DNA of 63,984 nt, taken from contig CAZHVK010000005.1 of the NCBI GenBank assembly GCA_964535955.1, positions 1 to 63,984 on the forward strand, read 5' to 3'. Numbering within the stretch: position 1 is the first letter of the stretch; each line of letters opens with the position of its first letter. The stretch comes from an uncultured Methanosarcinales archaeon (lineage in GTDB: Archaea; Nanobdellota; Nanobdellia; Woesearchaeales; CAXGTL01). Position numbers and translations under genes: made by a program. Under the pieces are notes generated by a model. The model searched no databases, was not told the DNA's origin, and was given only the letters and a program-made list of their open reading frames with translations. Positions 17,298 to 27,859 of the stretch are shown here, piece by piece.

Positions 17298-19607
17298 TCA
17301 TGTTACAGATTTTCCTAATATAGAATATGCAATGTAATTAAACATAATCATCAATGATAAAGAAATCAAACAATAAAGTATTGTGCTTTTTATCAGGTTT
17401 TTTCCTTTTAAATATTTTTCATTTAATTTATCAGAACCATTTAATATATTGTTTATAAGGATTGTTAAGATAAAAACTATCTGAACAACATATAAACCAA
17501 CTATGATCTGGAAATAATATGGTGGAACACCTGCACCTAATAAATCCATAAAACCAGTACCACCTACATCTGTTGTGCCAAGGTCTCCTAATGATTCTGA
17601 AGACAAAAGTTTTGCTAAATTATTAATAATAACACTTATCATTGAACTTATAGCTATAACAATTCCTGCAATACTTGGTGCTAAGAAACTTATCTGAGAT
17701 TTCATTGATGAAACAACATCTGCTAACAAATCTTTTAATCTTTCTTCAACTCTTCTTATCTCTTTTATGTATTGAGAAATACTTATCAAGGCTTGAGCTG
17801 CAACTTTTGGTCCTTTTTTAATTGATTGAACCAATACCTTCATTGAACTTTGAATTATATTTGAAGGAAAATAAACCAAAGCACCATGTTTTTTATCAAA
17901 TATTGCTTGTTCAACACCCATACCTAACCTAGTTATGTTTTCTGAAACTTGTTTCATGAATTTTCCTGAGACAGTGTCCTGCATTGTTGATGCTACTTTA
18001 CCAAATGCAATCTCTGCTGGAAAACCATCACCTAGTCTGTTACCTAACTGAAAGATTGCAGCTGCAAACTCTTTTTCAAGTTCTTTTGCTTTGTTTCTTA
18101 TCTTGATAATATTTTTTGATTTTAGTTTATAATAAATACCAAAACTAAGTCCTGCTGATAACACCACAAATACACTGAGAATTGAAGCTAAACCACCATA
18201 AGGACCGGTTTCATATCCACCTACAAATTTATAGTCAAGGAAACAAAAGATTTTTTTACAAGGTTGAGATTTTACAAGCTTTGGAGGAGCATTTATTAAT
18301 CCTATATCTTCAAACACACTTACATTTATTTCTTCTATTACTTGTGATCCTCTTGTGATTTCAAATTTTTCTACTGGACCATATTTATGAACTAAAATAG
18401 GAGAAATACCTATTGAAAATAAAACAATGAATAATAATAATGCAATAATCAATGGACTAATCTTGATTTCTATGTTGCCTAGATTTACTATGAAATTTTT
18501 ATATTTTTTTAGTTCAGGATTATTAGAGATGTCTATTTCACCATAACCAGGAGGTCTTTTTGCTAAGATGTTCTGTCCCATGAAATAAACAATCAAAGGT
18601 AGTGTGATATTATAAAGGGTAGCAATAAATAATGCTAATAAAATTGGTGCTGTCTGGTTTTCAGGATTTGTCATTCCAATGCCAGGTGTCATAAAACTTA
18701 CTATCAATGGAAGGATAACTAAACCTAAAACTGGTAAAATAACACCTAACATGTGCAGCATTGTTATGGGTGCGTTTAGGTTGTGAGCAAAGTGAAGCAT
18801 TTTATCATATGTGCCTTCTAAAATTACTTCTAATGATTTATCTAGTAAAGATAATCTTCTTTGTTCAGATGATTCAAATAAAGAACCTTGAATCAGATGA
18901 AATGCTTCTACAAATTCTATATTATACTTTTTCCAGTTTTCTAAATAACGATCAACAGATTCACTTACAGATGAAAATTTTTCTGTTTCAACATCCCAAA
19001 GAATCTTTCTAAAGTCTAAAGACAAAGGCTGGGATAGATGGTCTGCTGCAAACCGAACAGCCCCTTCTAAATTAGAAGTGTGCCTCATGAATGTTACAAC
19101 ATAAAATACTGAAAGTATCATCTGGTTGCTTGATTTCATACGCCATTGTGTGGCAAGGAAATCTGGTATTCTTTGCAAAACAATCAATAACACCCCACCA
19201 AGTAATAAAAAAAACATGACAAAGAAATAAGAAGGTTCTCCTATTAATAAAAAAGGAATTGCATAGCCGATTAAACCACCAATAATAATGACTAACAAAG
19301 GTAATATGATTGAGAAACTCATAACACCTCCTGGCGTGATATTGAGGTGGCATGTTTGAATGTTTTCTATTAATTGTGCAAGGTTTTTTTTGTCAGGCTT
19401 CATAGGCATGATTTTTGCTGACCAATTACATAATTTTTCATATAATGAGAAATGTTTAGGATAAAGTTCTCTTTTGAATTGTTTATATTCTCTTGAATAG
19501 ATTGGTTTTTCTATTTTTGTATTTTCTGGAAGAGAGAATTCTCTATTAATCATAGCCTGATATTTAGATTTCAGGTCTTTCATATCCTCTTTTTTTAGTT
19601 TTGGCAT
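17298..19607 (-). CDS. Type IV filament / T2SS-F (TadB/C, ArlJ-like) membrane platform protein
   Basis: Multi-TM protein with two predicted helical cytoplasmic domains; directly downstream of a VirB11-type ATPase. Confidence 0.8.
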   Translation of the reverse strand: MPKLKKEDMKDLKSKYQAMINREFSLPENTKIEKPIYSREYKQFKRELYPKHFSLYEKLCNWSAKIMPMKPDKKNLAQLIENIQTCHLNITPGGVMSFSIILPLLVIIIGGLIGYAIPFLLIGEPSYFFVMFFLLLGGVLLIVLQRIPDFLATQWRMKSSNQMILSVFYVVTFMRHTSNLEGAVRFAADHLSQPLSLDFRKILWDVETEKFSSVSESVDRYLENWKKYNIEFVEAFHLIQGSLFESSEQRRLSLLDKSLEVILEGTYDKMLHFAHNLNAPITMLHMLGVILPVLGLVILPLIVSFMTPGIGMTNPENQTAPILLALFIATLYNITLPLIVYFMGQNILAKRPPGYGEIDISNNPELKKYKNFIVNLGNIEIKISPLIIALLLFIVLFSIGISPILVHKYGPVEKFEITRGSQVIEEINVSVFEDIGLINAPPKLVKSQPCKKIFCFLDYKFVGGYETGPYGGLASILSVFVVLSAGLSFGIYYKLKSKNIIKIRNKAKELEKEFAAAIFQLGNRLGDGFPAEIAFGKVASTMQDTVSGKFMKQVSENITRLGMGVEQAIFDKKHGALVYFPSNIIQSSMKVLVQSIKKGPKVAAQALISISQYIKEIRRVEERLKDLLADVVSSMKSQISFLAPSIAGIVIAISSMISVIINNLAKLLSSESLGDLGTTDVGGTGFMDLLGAGVPPYYFQIIVGLYVVQIVFILTILINNILNGSDKLNEKYLKGKNLIKSTILYCLISLSLMIMFNYIAYSILGKSVT

Positions 19608-19684
19608 TTTAGCCTATGATTATTTATGAAGTATATATATATAAAAGCTTTGGTTAATTATAATGATATTAATAAAAAAAGACT

Positions 19685-22600
19685 CTACTTAATTCCTTTC
19701 CTCTTACACTCCCTTTTCAACCATTGTTCCCATTCAAAGTAAATCCTTTTAGGATCAAAGCCGCCTACCTCTTCCTGGACTTTGTCAACCACATTGTGAA
19801 AAGTGTCTGTGGATTTTATTACAAAATTTGCTTCTAATAAATTAGGATTCTTTGTTTGAACAGAATAATCAACTATGGCTTGCTTAATCTTAGAACGCAG
19901 CTGGATATTGTCCCACACAGCGTCCCATGATCCTGCTAAACCTTTTACAGAAGCTGCTACTGATTTGAGTATTTCTGAATCCCCATTGATAAGTTCTGGA
20001 GTTGGTTGTAATGAATCTGTGTTAACATCATATTTTAAAAGATCAACAAAACCTTTTTCAGCTAATGGATCATTTTGCCATGTTTTTCTGACTTCTGTGA
20101 TTTGAACAACACGCCTTACTCTTTTTATTCCACCTGCTGTCTTAATAGGATTTGCAACAACAATAACATCTGTTGCTTTAAAACTTGTTCTTGGAACACC
20201 AATATCATTTACAACCCTGTCAAAAACACCATAAGGTGAATCTGCATGAATAGTACCTGCAACAACATTTGCAGAAGCACCTATTCTCATTGCTTCGTAA
20301 AGTGCAATTGCTTCGGTATTATGAAGTAAAATTCCACCAAAACCACCAATAAATCTCTGAGTTGATTTTACACTTAAATCATAAACATATTCTGGTTTTT
20401 TTAGGTTAATTATTTCAATAGATTTTATTTTATCAATAAAAAAATCACTATGAGTGAAATTATAAATTTCATCACTACATTTAACTTCTTCAGCAATTCT
20501 TTTAAGATAATCTTTTGAACAACACTTAGTTCTTCTTAAATGTCTATATTTTCTAGGCAATTTAAGATGTTTTTCTAATTCCTTAGGATCAAATAATACA
20601 GAATCATCTTTGCTGTGTGAAAATGATTTAATATTTATTTGTGGTTTTTTATGTGTAAAACCAATTTCATCTAAAAATTGCTCAACATATTTTCTTTGTT
20701 TAATCTCAGCAGTATAACATTTTTTTCCACTTTCTAGATTCCTGTAGTGGAATCTACATACAATTCCTAATGACATTAGTAAATAATTAACATCTTCAAC
20801 TAATTTTTTAGATGTTGAAAAATATCTAATCATATTTCCTGCTGTTTTTGTTACAGAAATTGAACCATCTCCACTATACATTCCTCTAAGTAATGCACAA
20901 ATCTTCTTTTTACTAAGTCCGTATACAAATTCTGGAACTCTTTTATGCAAAGAAGTTTTACCACAATTCCAATATTTAAATAAATCAACCAATGGTTTGC
21001 ATGTGATAAACATTTGAGTAGAAGTTCCTAAACCTTTTGTTCCCCTTTTAGAAATTTTAATACCTAATTCTTTTTCACAAATATTAGTCACATCTTCTAT
21101 TATTTGTGGTTTTGAATTAGTAATCTGTATTTTCTTACCATCTGAATTGCCTTCAGCTAAATAATATCCAACCAATCTTAAAATATTTTCATTTATTAGA
21201 AATTTAGCAGGGATACTTGTAGAAGTTCCTCTTTTTATGCTTAAATCTTCTAAATCATACTTTATTTTCGCTTTATTCATTAATTCTAGGAAATATTTTA
21301 TAGGAATTCTAGTTTTCTGAGTTGATAACAAATACCTATAAATATCAGGCACTTTACAAATAGCACTTGCTTTTCTCCAACCTATTTTACTAATTGCTTT
21401 TCTAATATAAGGTTCAGCACCTTGCAATCTATAATCTTCTTTAAATATTTCAAGTAAATTAATATAATCAAAATCATTATATTCATTAGGTAATTTAGAT
21501 GGAATTATTATTGGATCACCCACTTTCAATTGATCTGTTTTAATAGCTGCAATCTTGAAATTAATATGTGTGAATACACTATGGTCAGGTGTTACAGTAA
21601 CTTGTCTACCTGTTTTTGTTGTAATTTTGATCAACTGACTACGCTTAGGATGCTTAACAAAACCAGTAAGTTTTTTTAATTTCATTTTTTGTTCCTCATC
21701 CAATGTTGGAACGAAAAATGAATTTAAATCCTTACCATCTAAGTTTTTTATAGCTATTCTTTTAGTTAGTCCATTTTCAATAATTACTACTTCTTCATCG
21801 CCTCTTAAAGAGCTCCTTACTTCACCAACAAACAAAGCTGAATCACCTAATCTTAATGTGGATCTTATACCATCGCTAGCAGTCATCTCGCTTGTTTCTT
21901 TGCCTAATGCTGAAGAAACTTTTAATGGCTGAATATTAAAACCTAATTTTCTTAAAGGTATTGTTGGTAATTCTAATGTATCTTCAATTGTGATAATTCT
22001 ATATCTTCTCATGATTTCAACTAATAATGAACCAAGTAATGATGTTTTACCTGATGACCTTGTTCCGCAAACAAGCAATGTTCTTGTGCCATCTATCAGA
22101 AAACTTAAGAGACCTGCTGCTAAAGGTGAAATCATTTTTGCTTTGATAAACAAAGGTAATGTCCATGGTTTATCACGATGTCTTCTAAATGAAAAAGCTA
22201 ATCCTGTAGGATCTAATGGACTAGTAATGGCTGAAACTCTTGCTGTTGCACCTGGTAAATGTATTTCTGTGTCAAGGATTTGGTTTGCTTCATCTAATGG
22301 ACGACCAGAAATCATTCTTAGTTTAGATGCCCATGATTCTGATTCTTGAACAGTTGGCACAACATTTGTATAACAGTCACCATAATCCTGGTGAACAATA
22401 AACATTGGTGTCTGACCATATGGAGAATTAATTGAGACATCTTGAATCTTTTCATCTGATAACAAAACTTCAATTAAACCAAAACCAACAGTATATCTAA
22501 CAAGTATTTTTGTTAATTTGTCTATTTTTTTTTGAGAAAATTTTAAGCCTTTATGGTTTACTAATTCTTCTATTAAATCATAACCAATATTATAAAATAT

Positions 22601-23452
22601 TTCTCTCATTCTTTCTGGGTCGACAAATTCTTCTTTTTTTGGTTTATGTTCTGCCATTATATTTCTTGAAGTGTCTAAGATTTCGTATTCCTCTTCACTT
22701 AATTTAAACTCAGGAGGCATCATATGGTACAAATATTTTACAGAACTTGGAAAACTAAAAATAGTAATATCTGTGTCTTCACTAACTGTGTAAGTTTCTA
22801 GTTCTGTACCATTAGTTGGATAAGAAGACATTAATTTCGTAAACATGAAATCAGGTTTTATTGTTGGTGTAAACAATAATCTATAAATATTTCTGTCGCC
22901 TGGTTTAAATCCTTGCAAATAAGGTTGTGCAAGCTGCATCAATTTCGTAGATTCCAATGATGTAATTAAATAATTTATTAATGAAATAAATCCATTTTGT
23001 GCTTGTGCTACTTGTTCAGTTGTTGCTGCTTCTAAATTAAGTTTCTCATGTCTCATCATCCTTTTTAATTCAACATATGCTGCTACTGGATCTCTTTTAA
23101 GTGTTCCAAATATTAATCTTTGAAGATCTGCGTATCTTGATGCAATATGTTTTTTAAAGATGACATCTGTGATTGCACTTGTAAATGTGAATACTTGTTT
23201 TTGTTTGACCAAAATATTATATAAATTAGCAATCTCAACCAATAACAATGTTTGATTATAATCATACTCATAATCACGTTTTTGAGAAAAAATAATTTTT
23301 GTTACATTCTTTACTTCTATTAGTTTGTCTATTATAGTTGACATTGTTAAAGCATCATCTTCAATAGAAGGAATTCTAAGTATGTTTTCATAATCTATTA
23401 AAAGAATTGTATCTTCTCCTTCTCTTACTACTTGATAATTTATTTTTGGCAT
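19685..23452 (-). CDS. VirB11/TadA/ArlI-family secretion ATPase containing an intein
   Basis: Walker A GTRSSGKT, Asp box TIEDTLEL, Walker B LFVGEVR, His box GTIHADS. Confidence 0.93.
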   Translation of the reverse strand: MPKINYQVVREGEDTILLIDYENILRIPSIEDDALTMSTIIDKLIEVKNVTKIIFSQKRDYEYDYNQTLLLVEIANLYNILVKQKQVFTFTSAITDVIFKKHIASRYADLQRLIFGTLKRDPVAAYVELKRMMRHEKLNLEAATTEQVAQAQNGFISLINYLITSLESTKLMQLAQPYLQGFKPGDRNIYRLLFTPTIKPDFMFTKLMSSYPTNGTELETYTVSEDTDITIFSFPSSVKYLYHMMPPEFKLSEEEYEILDTSRNIMAEHKPKKEEFVDPERMREIFYNIGYDLIEELVNHKGLKFSQKKIDKLTKILVRYTVGFGLIEVLLSDEKIQDVSINSPYGQTPMFIVHQDYGDCYTNVVPTVQESESWASKLRMISGRPLDEANQILDTEIHLPGATARVSAITSPLDPTGLAFSFRRHRDKPWTLPLFIKAKMISPLAAGLLSFLIDGTRTLLVCGTRSSGKTSLLGSLLVEIMRRYRIITIEDTLELPTIPLRKLGFNIQPLKVSSALGKETSEMTASDGIRSTLRLGDSALFVGEVRSSLRGDEEVVIIENGLTKRIAIKNLDGKDLNSFFVPTLDEEQKMKLKKLTGFVKHPKRSQLIKITTKTGRQVTVTPDHSVFTHINFKIAAIKTDQLKVGDPIIIPSKLPNEYNDFDYINLLEIFKEDYRLQGAEPYIRKAISKIGWRKASAICKVPDIYRYLLSTQKTRIPIKYFLELMNKAKIKYDLEDLSIKRGTSTSIPAKFLINENILRLVGYYLAEGNSDGKKIQITNSKPQIIEDVTNICEKELGIKISKRGTKGLGTSTQMFITCKPLVDLFKYWNCGKTSLHKRVPEFVYGLSKKKICALLRGMYSGDGSISVTKTAGNMIRYFSTSKKLVEDVNYLLMSLGIVCRFHYRNLESGKKCYTAEIKQRKYVEQFLDEIGFTHKKPQINIKSFSHSKDDSVLFDPKELEKHLKLPRKYRHLRRTKCCSKDYLKRIAEEVKCSDEIYNFTHSDFFIDKIKSIEIINLKKPEYVYDLSVKSTQRFIGGFGGILLHNTEAIALYEAMRIGASANVVAGTIHADSPYGVFDRVVNDIGVPRTSFKATDVIVVANPIKTAGGIKRVRRVVQITEVRKTWQNDPLAEKGFVDLLKYDVNTDSLQPTPELINGDSEILKSVAASVKGLAGSWDAVWDNIQLRSKIKQAIVDYSVQTKNPNLLEANFVIKSTDTFHNVVDKVQEEVGGFDPKRIYFEWEQWLKRECKRKGIK
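20318..21811 (-). mobile_element. Intein (498 aa) with LAGLIDADG homing endonuclease
   Basis: N-terminal SLRGDEEV, block B VTPDHS, GYYLAEG and RGMYSGDG motifs, block F VYDLSV, C-terminal HN followed by Thr. Confidence 0.93.
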
Positions 23453-23558
23453 CTATTCACCTTGTCTTTTTATTACATTATAATATAATAGTTAAGTTTT
23501 TAAACTTTGGACTATATATACTTTATTGTAGTCTGTTATATAAATATTTACCTAAAAA

Positions 23559-24053
23559 ATGGTTAACATTAGCTTAGACATGTTTAAAAAAGGGGAGAAA
23601 AAGCCAACTTTGCCTAGTTCTCAGCCTGCTGCTGTGCATGTTCATAAAAAACAGAAAAAACAAGATACACATGCATTTGATCAAATAAAACAACAATTAG
23701 TAGAAGCAATAAGGATATTGAGAACTTTAGAAGATAGATATAATAATCTTACTAAAAAAGTGCAATTAACAGATAAAAACATGATACAAGAACATAAAAT
23801 CCTTAATAAAGAGCTTAGGTTAGTGGATTCTGATCTTATTGATACTAAAAAAGTATTGAATGAATTAGATTATAAGTTTGGTCTGGTTATCAAAGAATTA
23901 AATGTTAGAGCTAAGAAAAAAGATGTTGATTTTATTACAAAATATTTGGATTTGTGGCAGCCTATGACTTTTATAAGAAGAAAAGATGCTGATAGGTTGA
24001 TTGATGATCTATTAAAGGATAAGATTAAGAAAAAGAAGAAAGTGATTGAGTAG
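23559..24053 (+). CDS. Coiled-coil protein divergent from the ATPase
   Basis: Heptad-rich helix ending KYLDLWQPMTF. Confidence 0.8.
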   Translation: MVNISLDMFKKGEKKPTLPSSQPAAVHVHKKQKKQDTHAFDQIKQQLVEAIRILRTLEDRYNNLTKKVQLTDKNMIQEHKILNKELRLVDSDLIDTKKVLNELDYKFGLVIKELNVRAKKKDVDFITKYLDLWQPMTFIRRKDADRLIDDLLKDKIKKKKKVIE

Positions 24054-24148
24054 ATATTTTGGATAGAGTAATAGTAGAAAACTTTATATACAAATAATAG
24101 ATATTATTTAATATTAATAATAATAAGATAAAAAAAGGTGGTATAATA

Positions 24149-24775
24149 ATGGTTTCAGCTGAAGAAATGAATTCTGCACCAATTGACATAGTTTTTGATA
24201 TGAGAGACAATGGTATGTCTAATAATCAAATTGTTGAAAGTCTGCAGAGAATGGGTTATGATGTTAATAAAATATTTGATGTAATGAAATTATCTGAGAA
24301 TAATTATGCAAATCCAGGAATTCCTATGAATTTTGAAAACTTTAATACAAACATGCCGCCGCCACCAATGCCTACACAACAGCCATCATTTAATCAACAA
24401 TTTCAACAACCAGTAGGAGGAGAATCAATGGCTTTTGGTGGATCATCTATTGGTAGAGAAGAAGTAGAAGAAATTGTAGAAACAATAATACAAGAAAAAT
24501 GGGAAGACTTGATTGATGATATTAAAAAAGTTGTTAAATGGAAGCAAGAAATTGAAACAAAGATTGCTAAAATAGAACAAGAAATTGATAATCTTAAAGA
24601 TAACTTTTCTTCATTACAAAAAGCTATATTTGGAAAAATAAATGAATATGATAAAGGTATCACAGATGTTGGAACAGAAATCAAAGCAATGCAGCAAGTA
24701 TTTAAAAAGGTTTTACCAGACTTAACAAGCAATGTAAATCAATTATCAGGAATAGTAAGAAAAATGAAGAAATAA
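24149..24775 (+). CDS. Coiled-coil protein with small N-terminal helical domain and Pro/Gln linker
   Basis: Helical N-terminus, PPPPMP linker, long C-terminal coiled coil. Confidence 0.8.
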   Translation: MVSAEEMNSAPIDIVFDMRDNGMSNNQIVESLQRMGYDVNKIFDVMKLSENNYANPGIPMNFENFNTNMPPPPMPTQQPSFNQQFQQPVGGESMAFGGSSIGREEVEEIVETIIQEKWEDLIDDIKKVVKWKQEIETKIAKIEQEIDNLKDNFSSLQKAIFGKINEYDKGITDVGTEIKAMQQVFKKVLPDLTSNVNQLSGIVRKMKK

Positions 24776-24788
24776 AAATAGTTCTTTT

Positions 24789-25352
24789 TTATGTACTGGG
24801 GTAATCACCGGCTAATAACTTGATTGTAAATGTAGCTGTCAATAGAATCAACATCATGCCTAAAATCTTTGGATGAAATAATGTCTGCCAAAATGCACCT
24901 TCACCACGTTCGGCAATAGATGCATCGTCTGCTCCTATTCCTTCTACAGCTTCTTCATGTGTTGGTAAAGATGCTGTAAAATAGACTTTACCTAAAGCTG
25001 CAAACAAAATAATTATTGATAAAAATATGACCCAATAAATAACTGCTCTGTCTTTTTCCATGACATTTTTTATTGCACTATCAGATACTCCAAACATTTT
25101 GAAGATTATTAACATTAACATTACAAATAATAATAAAATAATAAACCAAGGTGTCATGTATTCAACAACTTGTGAAGCTTGCGAAGAAACAAGAAAAAGC
25201 ATTGCAACTGCAAAGGCTATTACTGCTCTAACACCTTTTTTATCCTTGCCAAACATTTCTTTCCATTCTAATAATCCATAAACAACTACCCAAACTAGGA
25301 TGAATGGAAAGATTCTTTTCAATGATAATAATAAGGATAAGTCGATTGCCAT
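24789..25352 (-). CDS. Multi-TM membrane protein (paralog 3 of 3)
   Basis: PFILVWVVVYGLL...FGKDKK..RAVIAF, similar to the next two genes. Confidence 0.8.
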   Translation of the reverse strand: MAIDLSLLLSLKRIFPFILVWVVVYGLLEWKEMFGKDKKGVRAVIAFAVAMLFLVSSQASQVVEYMTPWFIILLLFVMLMLIIFKMFGVSDSAIKNVMEKDRAVIYWVIFLSIIILFAALGKVYFTASLPTHEEAVEGIGADDASIAERGEGAFWQTLFHPKILGMMLILLTATFTIKLLAGDYPST

Positions 25353-25356
25353 TTTA

Positions 25357-25965
25357 TTATTCTGTTCCTCCTACAACATCATGAACTAAATCACCTGCAC
25401 CTGTGAGGAAACTTTTTATTTTATCTCCCCAACCACCACTACCTTCACTTGATATAAATGAGATTATAGCTGCAAACACTATAAGCACAATAATCAAATT
25501 CAAAAGTTCTGGATCAATCCAATATAAAAAATCCCAAGTAAGTAAGTAACCTGATGCTCTTGCAAATATATAAATTATTGCAAGTAATGAAAAAATAAGA
25601 ATTCCACCATTCCACCAAGTACCTGTAGGAAATTTAAATTCTTTTCCAAATATAGCAAGAACAATAAGAAGCATAACAATACCTATAATTAATAATGATA
25701 CACTTGGCAAAGCATTATTAACAATCTCAACAACATCTACTGTTTCACCCCAGCCATAATATGTTCCTGTAAAATGAGGTGTGATAGCTGCAATTGCTAA
25801 CAATAGTGCAATTATTTTTGCGAATTTTTCTTTTTGTTGCTTTTTAAAGATAGGTACTGTAAGTAGTAGAAAATATACAATTGTAAAGACTAGTATAAAT
25901 GTCAAAGCTCCTTCTTTCATGAAATTGAGCAACATTTCAATTCCACCTGAAAAATCATAGTACAT
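25357..25965 (-). CDS. Multi-TM membrane protein (paralog 2 of 3)
   Basis: TFILVFTIVYFLL...IFKK...AKIIAL. Confidence 0.8.
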   Translation of the reverse strand: MYYDFSGGIEMLLNFMKEGALTFILVFTIVYFLLLTVPIFKKQQKEKFAKIIALLLAIAAITPHFTGTYYGWGETVDVVEIVNNALPSVSLLIIGIVMLLIVLAIFGKEFKFPTGTWWNGGILIFSLLAIIYIFARASGYLLTWDFLYWIDPELLNLIIVLIVFAAIISFISSEGSGGWGDKIKSFLTGAGDLVHDVVGGTE

Positions 25966-25985
25966 TATAATTTCACCTCATTTGA

Positions 25986-26579
25986 TTATGATTTATTTTG
26001 ATCTGTTGTTGATGGTGTTCCACTGTTTGCTGATTTACCAATCCACCACATAAATAAAACAATTAATATTATTAATATAATAGCACCAACCCATTCTGTC
26101 TGCCAGTTATGTGCAAGATATTTAAAAAACCATTCTAAAAAAGGTTCACCTTTTGGTCCTGGTATTGCTTGTAAAAATATTAATATAACTGATATAAAAC
26201 TTATTGTTATTAAAGTATATTTCCATTTTACACTGTCAATAAAAAATGCTTTTTTATCTTCTTCGTGAAATGATCCTGCTAAAAGTAAAAATAAAACCAT
26301 TACAATAACAACCAAAACAACCTGACCAATTGTTTGGTTTATTGTGGAAACAAGTTCTGATGATGCAATTACAAGAAAGCCTGAAACAAAAGCAACCATT
26401 GCATTTAGGTTTTTTTTAGGATAATCAGCACCATGTGCTTTTTCAGTACCTAAAACTCTTGTCCTATCTAATAAAGCATACATAATTGTAAAAACAAGAA
26501 TGAATGGTAAAATAACTCTAAATACTCCTATCTTACCAAGAAATGTTATAATGCCTTCTAGTATTGTTTCTTGTGCCAA
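25986..26579 (-). CDS. Multi-TM membrane protein (paralog 1 of 3; TTG start)
   Basis: PFILVFTIMYALL...VLG...NAMVAF; SD-like GAGG upstream. Confidence 0.8.
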   Translation of the reverse strand: MAQETILEGIITFLGKIGVFRVILPFILVFTIMYALLDRTRVLGTEKAHGADYPKKNLNAMVAFVSGFLVIASSELVSTINQTIGQVVLVVIVMVLFLLLAGSFHEEDKKAFFIDSVKWKYTLITISFISVILIFLQAIPGPKGEPFLEWFFKYLAHNWQTEWVGAIILIILIVLFMWWIGKSANSGTPSTTDQNKS

Positions 26580-26695
26580 TTAATCAGCCTCTTTTTATTT
26601 AGCTATATATATTTATATATAACTAGTTTATATATGTTTCTATTTTTAAAGTTTTTTGTTTAGATTTATATATTAATTAGTATTTCTGCAAAATT

Positions 26696-27160
26696 ATGGC
26701 ACAATATAGTAAAGAAGTTGTATTGGAATCATTAAAACGAATACCTTCAGAGATGATTTGGGTTAAGAAATATTTTATTGCTGTAATAGAAGATGATCTT
26801 TTAGAACATTATTATGAGAGGTTTGTATTTGAAAAAAACAATTATTCAGATGAATTGCCTGAACTTAGGGTTGGTTCTATAGGAACTTCGAGTGCATGGA
26901 CTACACAGCTGACTCATAAATGCCAAGGAAATTATATAAGTCAATTAAGGATGTCTTTAGTTGGATTAATTAAAGATGATATGATAGATGATTCTATTTT
27001 AGTTAAGGAAATTTTAGATTTTAACAGATATAAATTTAAGTATAAAGATTCAGAATTCACAACTCCAGAAGAAATTGACATGATAAACCATATTCTTGAT
27101 GATGTTATTTCTTATTTATGTGATAAGTGTATAGAAGAATATTTTGAAAAAAGAAATTAG
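26696..27160 (+). CDS. Hypothetical protein
   Basis: 154-aa ORF after a TTTATATA box. Confidence 0.65.
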   Translation: MAQYSKEVVLESLKRIPSEMIWVKKYFIAVIEDDLLEHYYERFVFEKNNYSDELPELRVGSIGTSSAWTTQLTHKCQGNYISQLRMSLVGLIKDDMIDDSILVKEILDFNRYKFKYKDSEFTTPEEIDMINHILDDVISYLCDKCIEEYFEKRN

Positions 27161-27195
27161 TAATGCTTATATATGATTCTATATTCCTTTGATAC

Positions 27196-27792
27196 ATGAT
27201 AAAAGCAATTATATTTGATGTTGGCGGTGTATTGACAAGCAGAAGAGGAAGAACTTTTGTTAAGAAATATCACAAGAAGTTTGGTATGGATCCAGAAGAA
27301 TTGCATCTAGCTTTTCATGACTTTTATTCTATTGATTATGAATTTGGTAAGAAGAATGATGATTGGTTCTTGAACGGAATAAGAAAAAATCTAAAGAATA
27401 TAATAAGTAAGAAAGAGTTAAGAAAATATTGGTTTTTGTGTAATAAAGTTGACAAAGGCATGATTAGGTTTGCTAAAAAGCTGAAGAAAGAATATAAAAT
27501 AGGGATATTATCCAACAGTTTGCCGATATTTACAAAAGATCTTCGTAATAAGATGGATCTGAATTTATTTGATGTTGTTGTTTTTTCTGATGAAGTTAAA
27601 ATGAAGAAACCTAATAAAGAAATATTTGATTATGTTGTTAAGAAGTTAAAATTAAATCCTGGTGAATGTTTGTTTGTAGATGATCAAGAGCAAAATATTA
27701 AAGCTGCTAAGAACTTTGGTTGGAAAGCAATTTTGTTTAAAGGTTTGGGTGAATTGAAAAAAGAATTAGAAAATCTTTCTATTAAAATATGA
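27196..27792 (+). CDS. HAD-family phosphatase
   Basis: FDVGGV, ILSN, KKP, FVDD motifs. Confidence 0.92.
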   Translation: MIKAIIFDVGGVLTSRRGRTFVKKYHKKFGMDPEELHLAFHDFYSIDYEFGKKNDDWFLNGIRKNLKNIISKKELRKYWFLCNKVDKGMIRFAKKLKKEYKIGILSNSLPIFTKDLRNKMDLNLFDVVVFSDEVKMKKPNKEIFDYVVKKLKLNPGECLFVDDQEQNIKAAKNFGWKAILFKGLGELKKELENLSIKI

Positions 27793-27805
27793 AAAAATAA
27801 AAAAA

Positions 27806-27857
27806 CCCAAGAAAATTAGAAATTTTCTGGGCCCAAAAAATCTGTGATTTTTTTGGG
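27806..27857. terminator. Two adjacent hairpins between convergent genes
   Basis: CCCAAGAAAATT..AATTTTCTGGG followed by CCCAAAAAATC..GATTTTTTTGGG. Confidence 0.5.
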
Positions 27858-27859
27858 AA

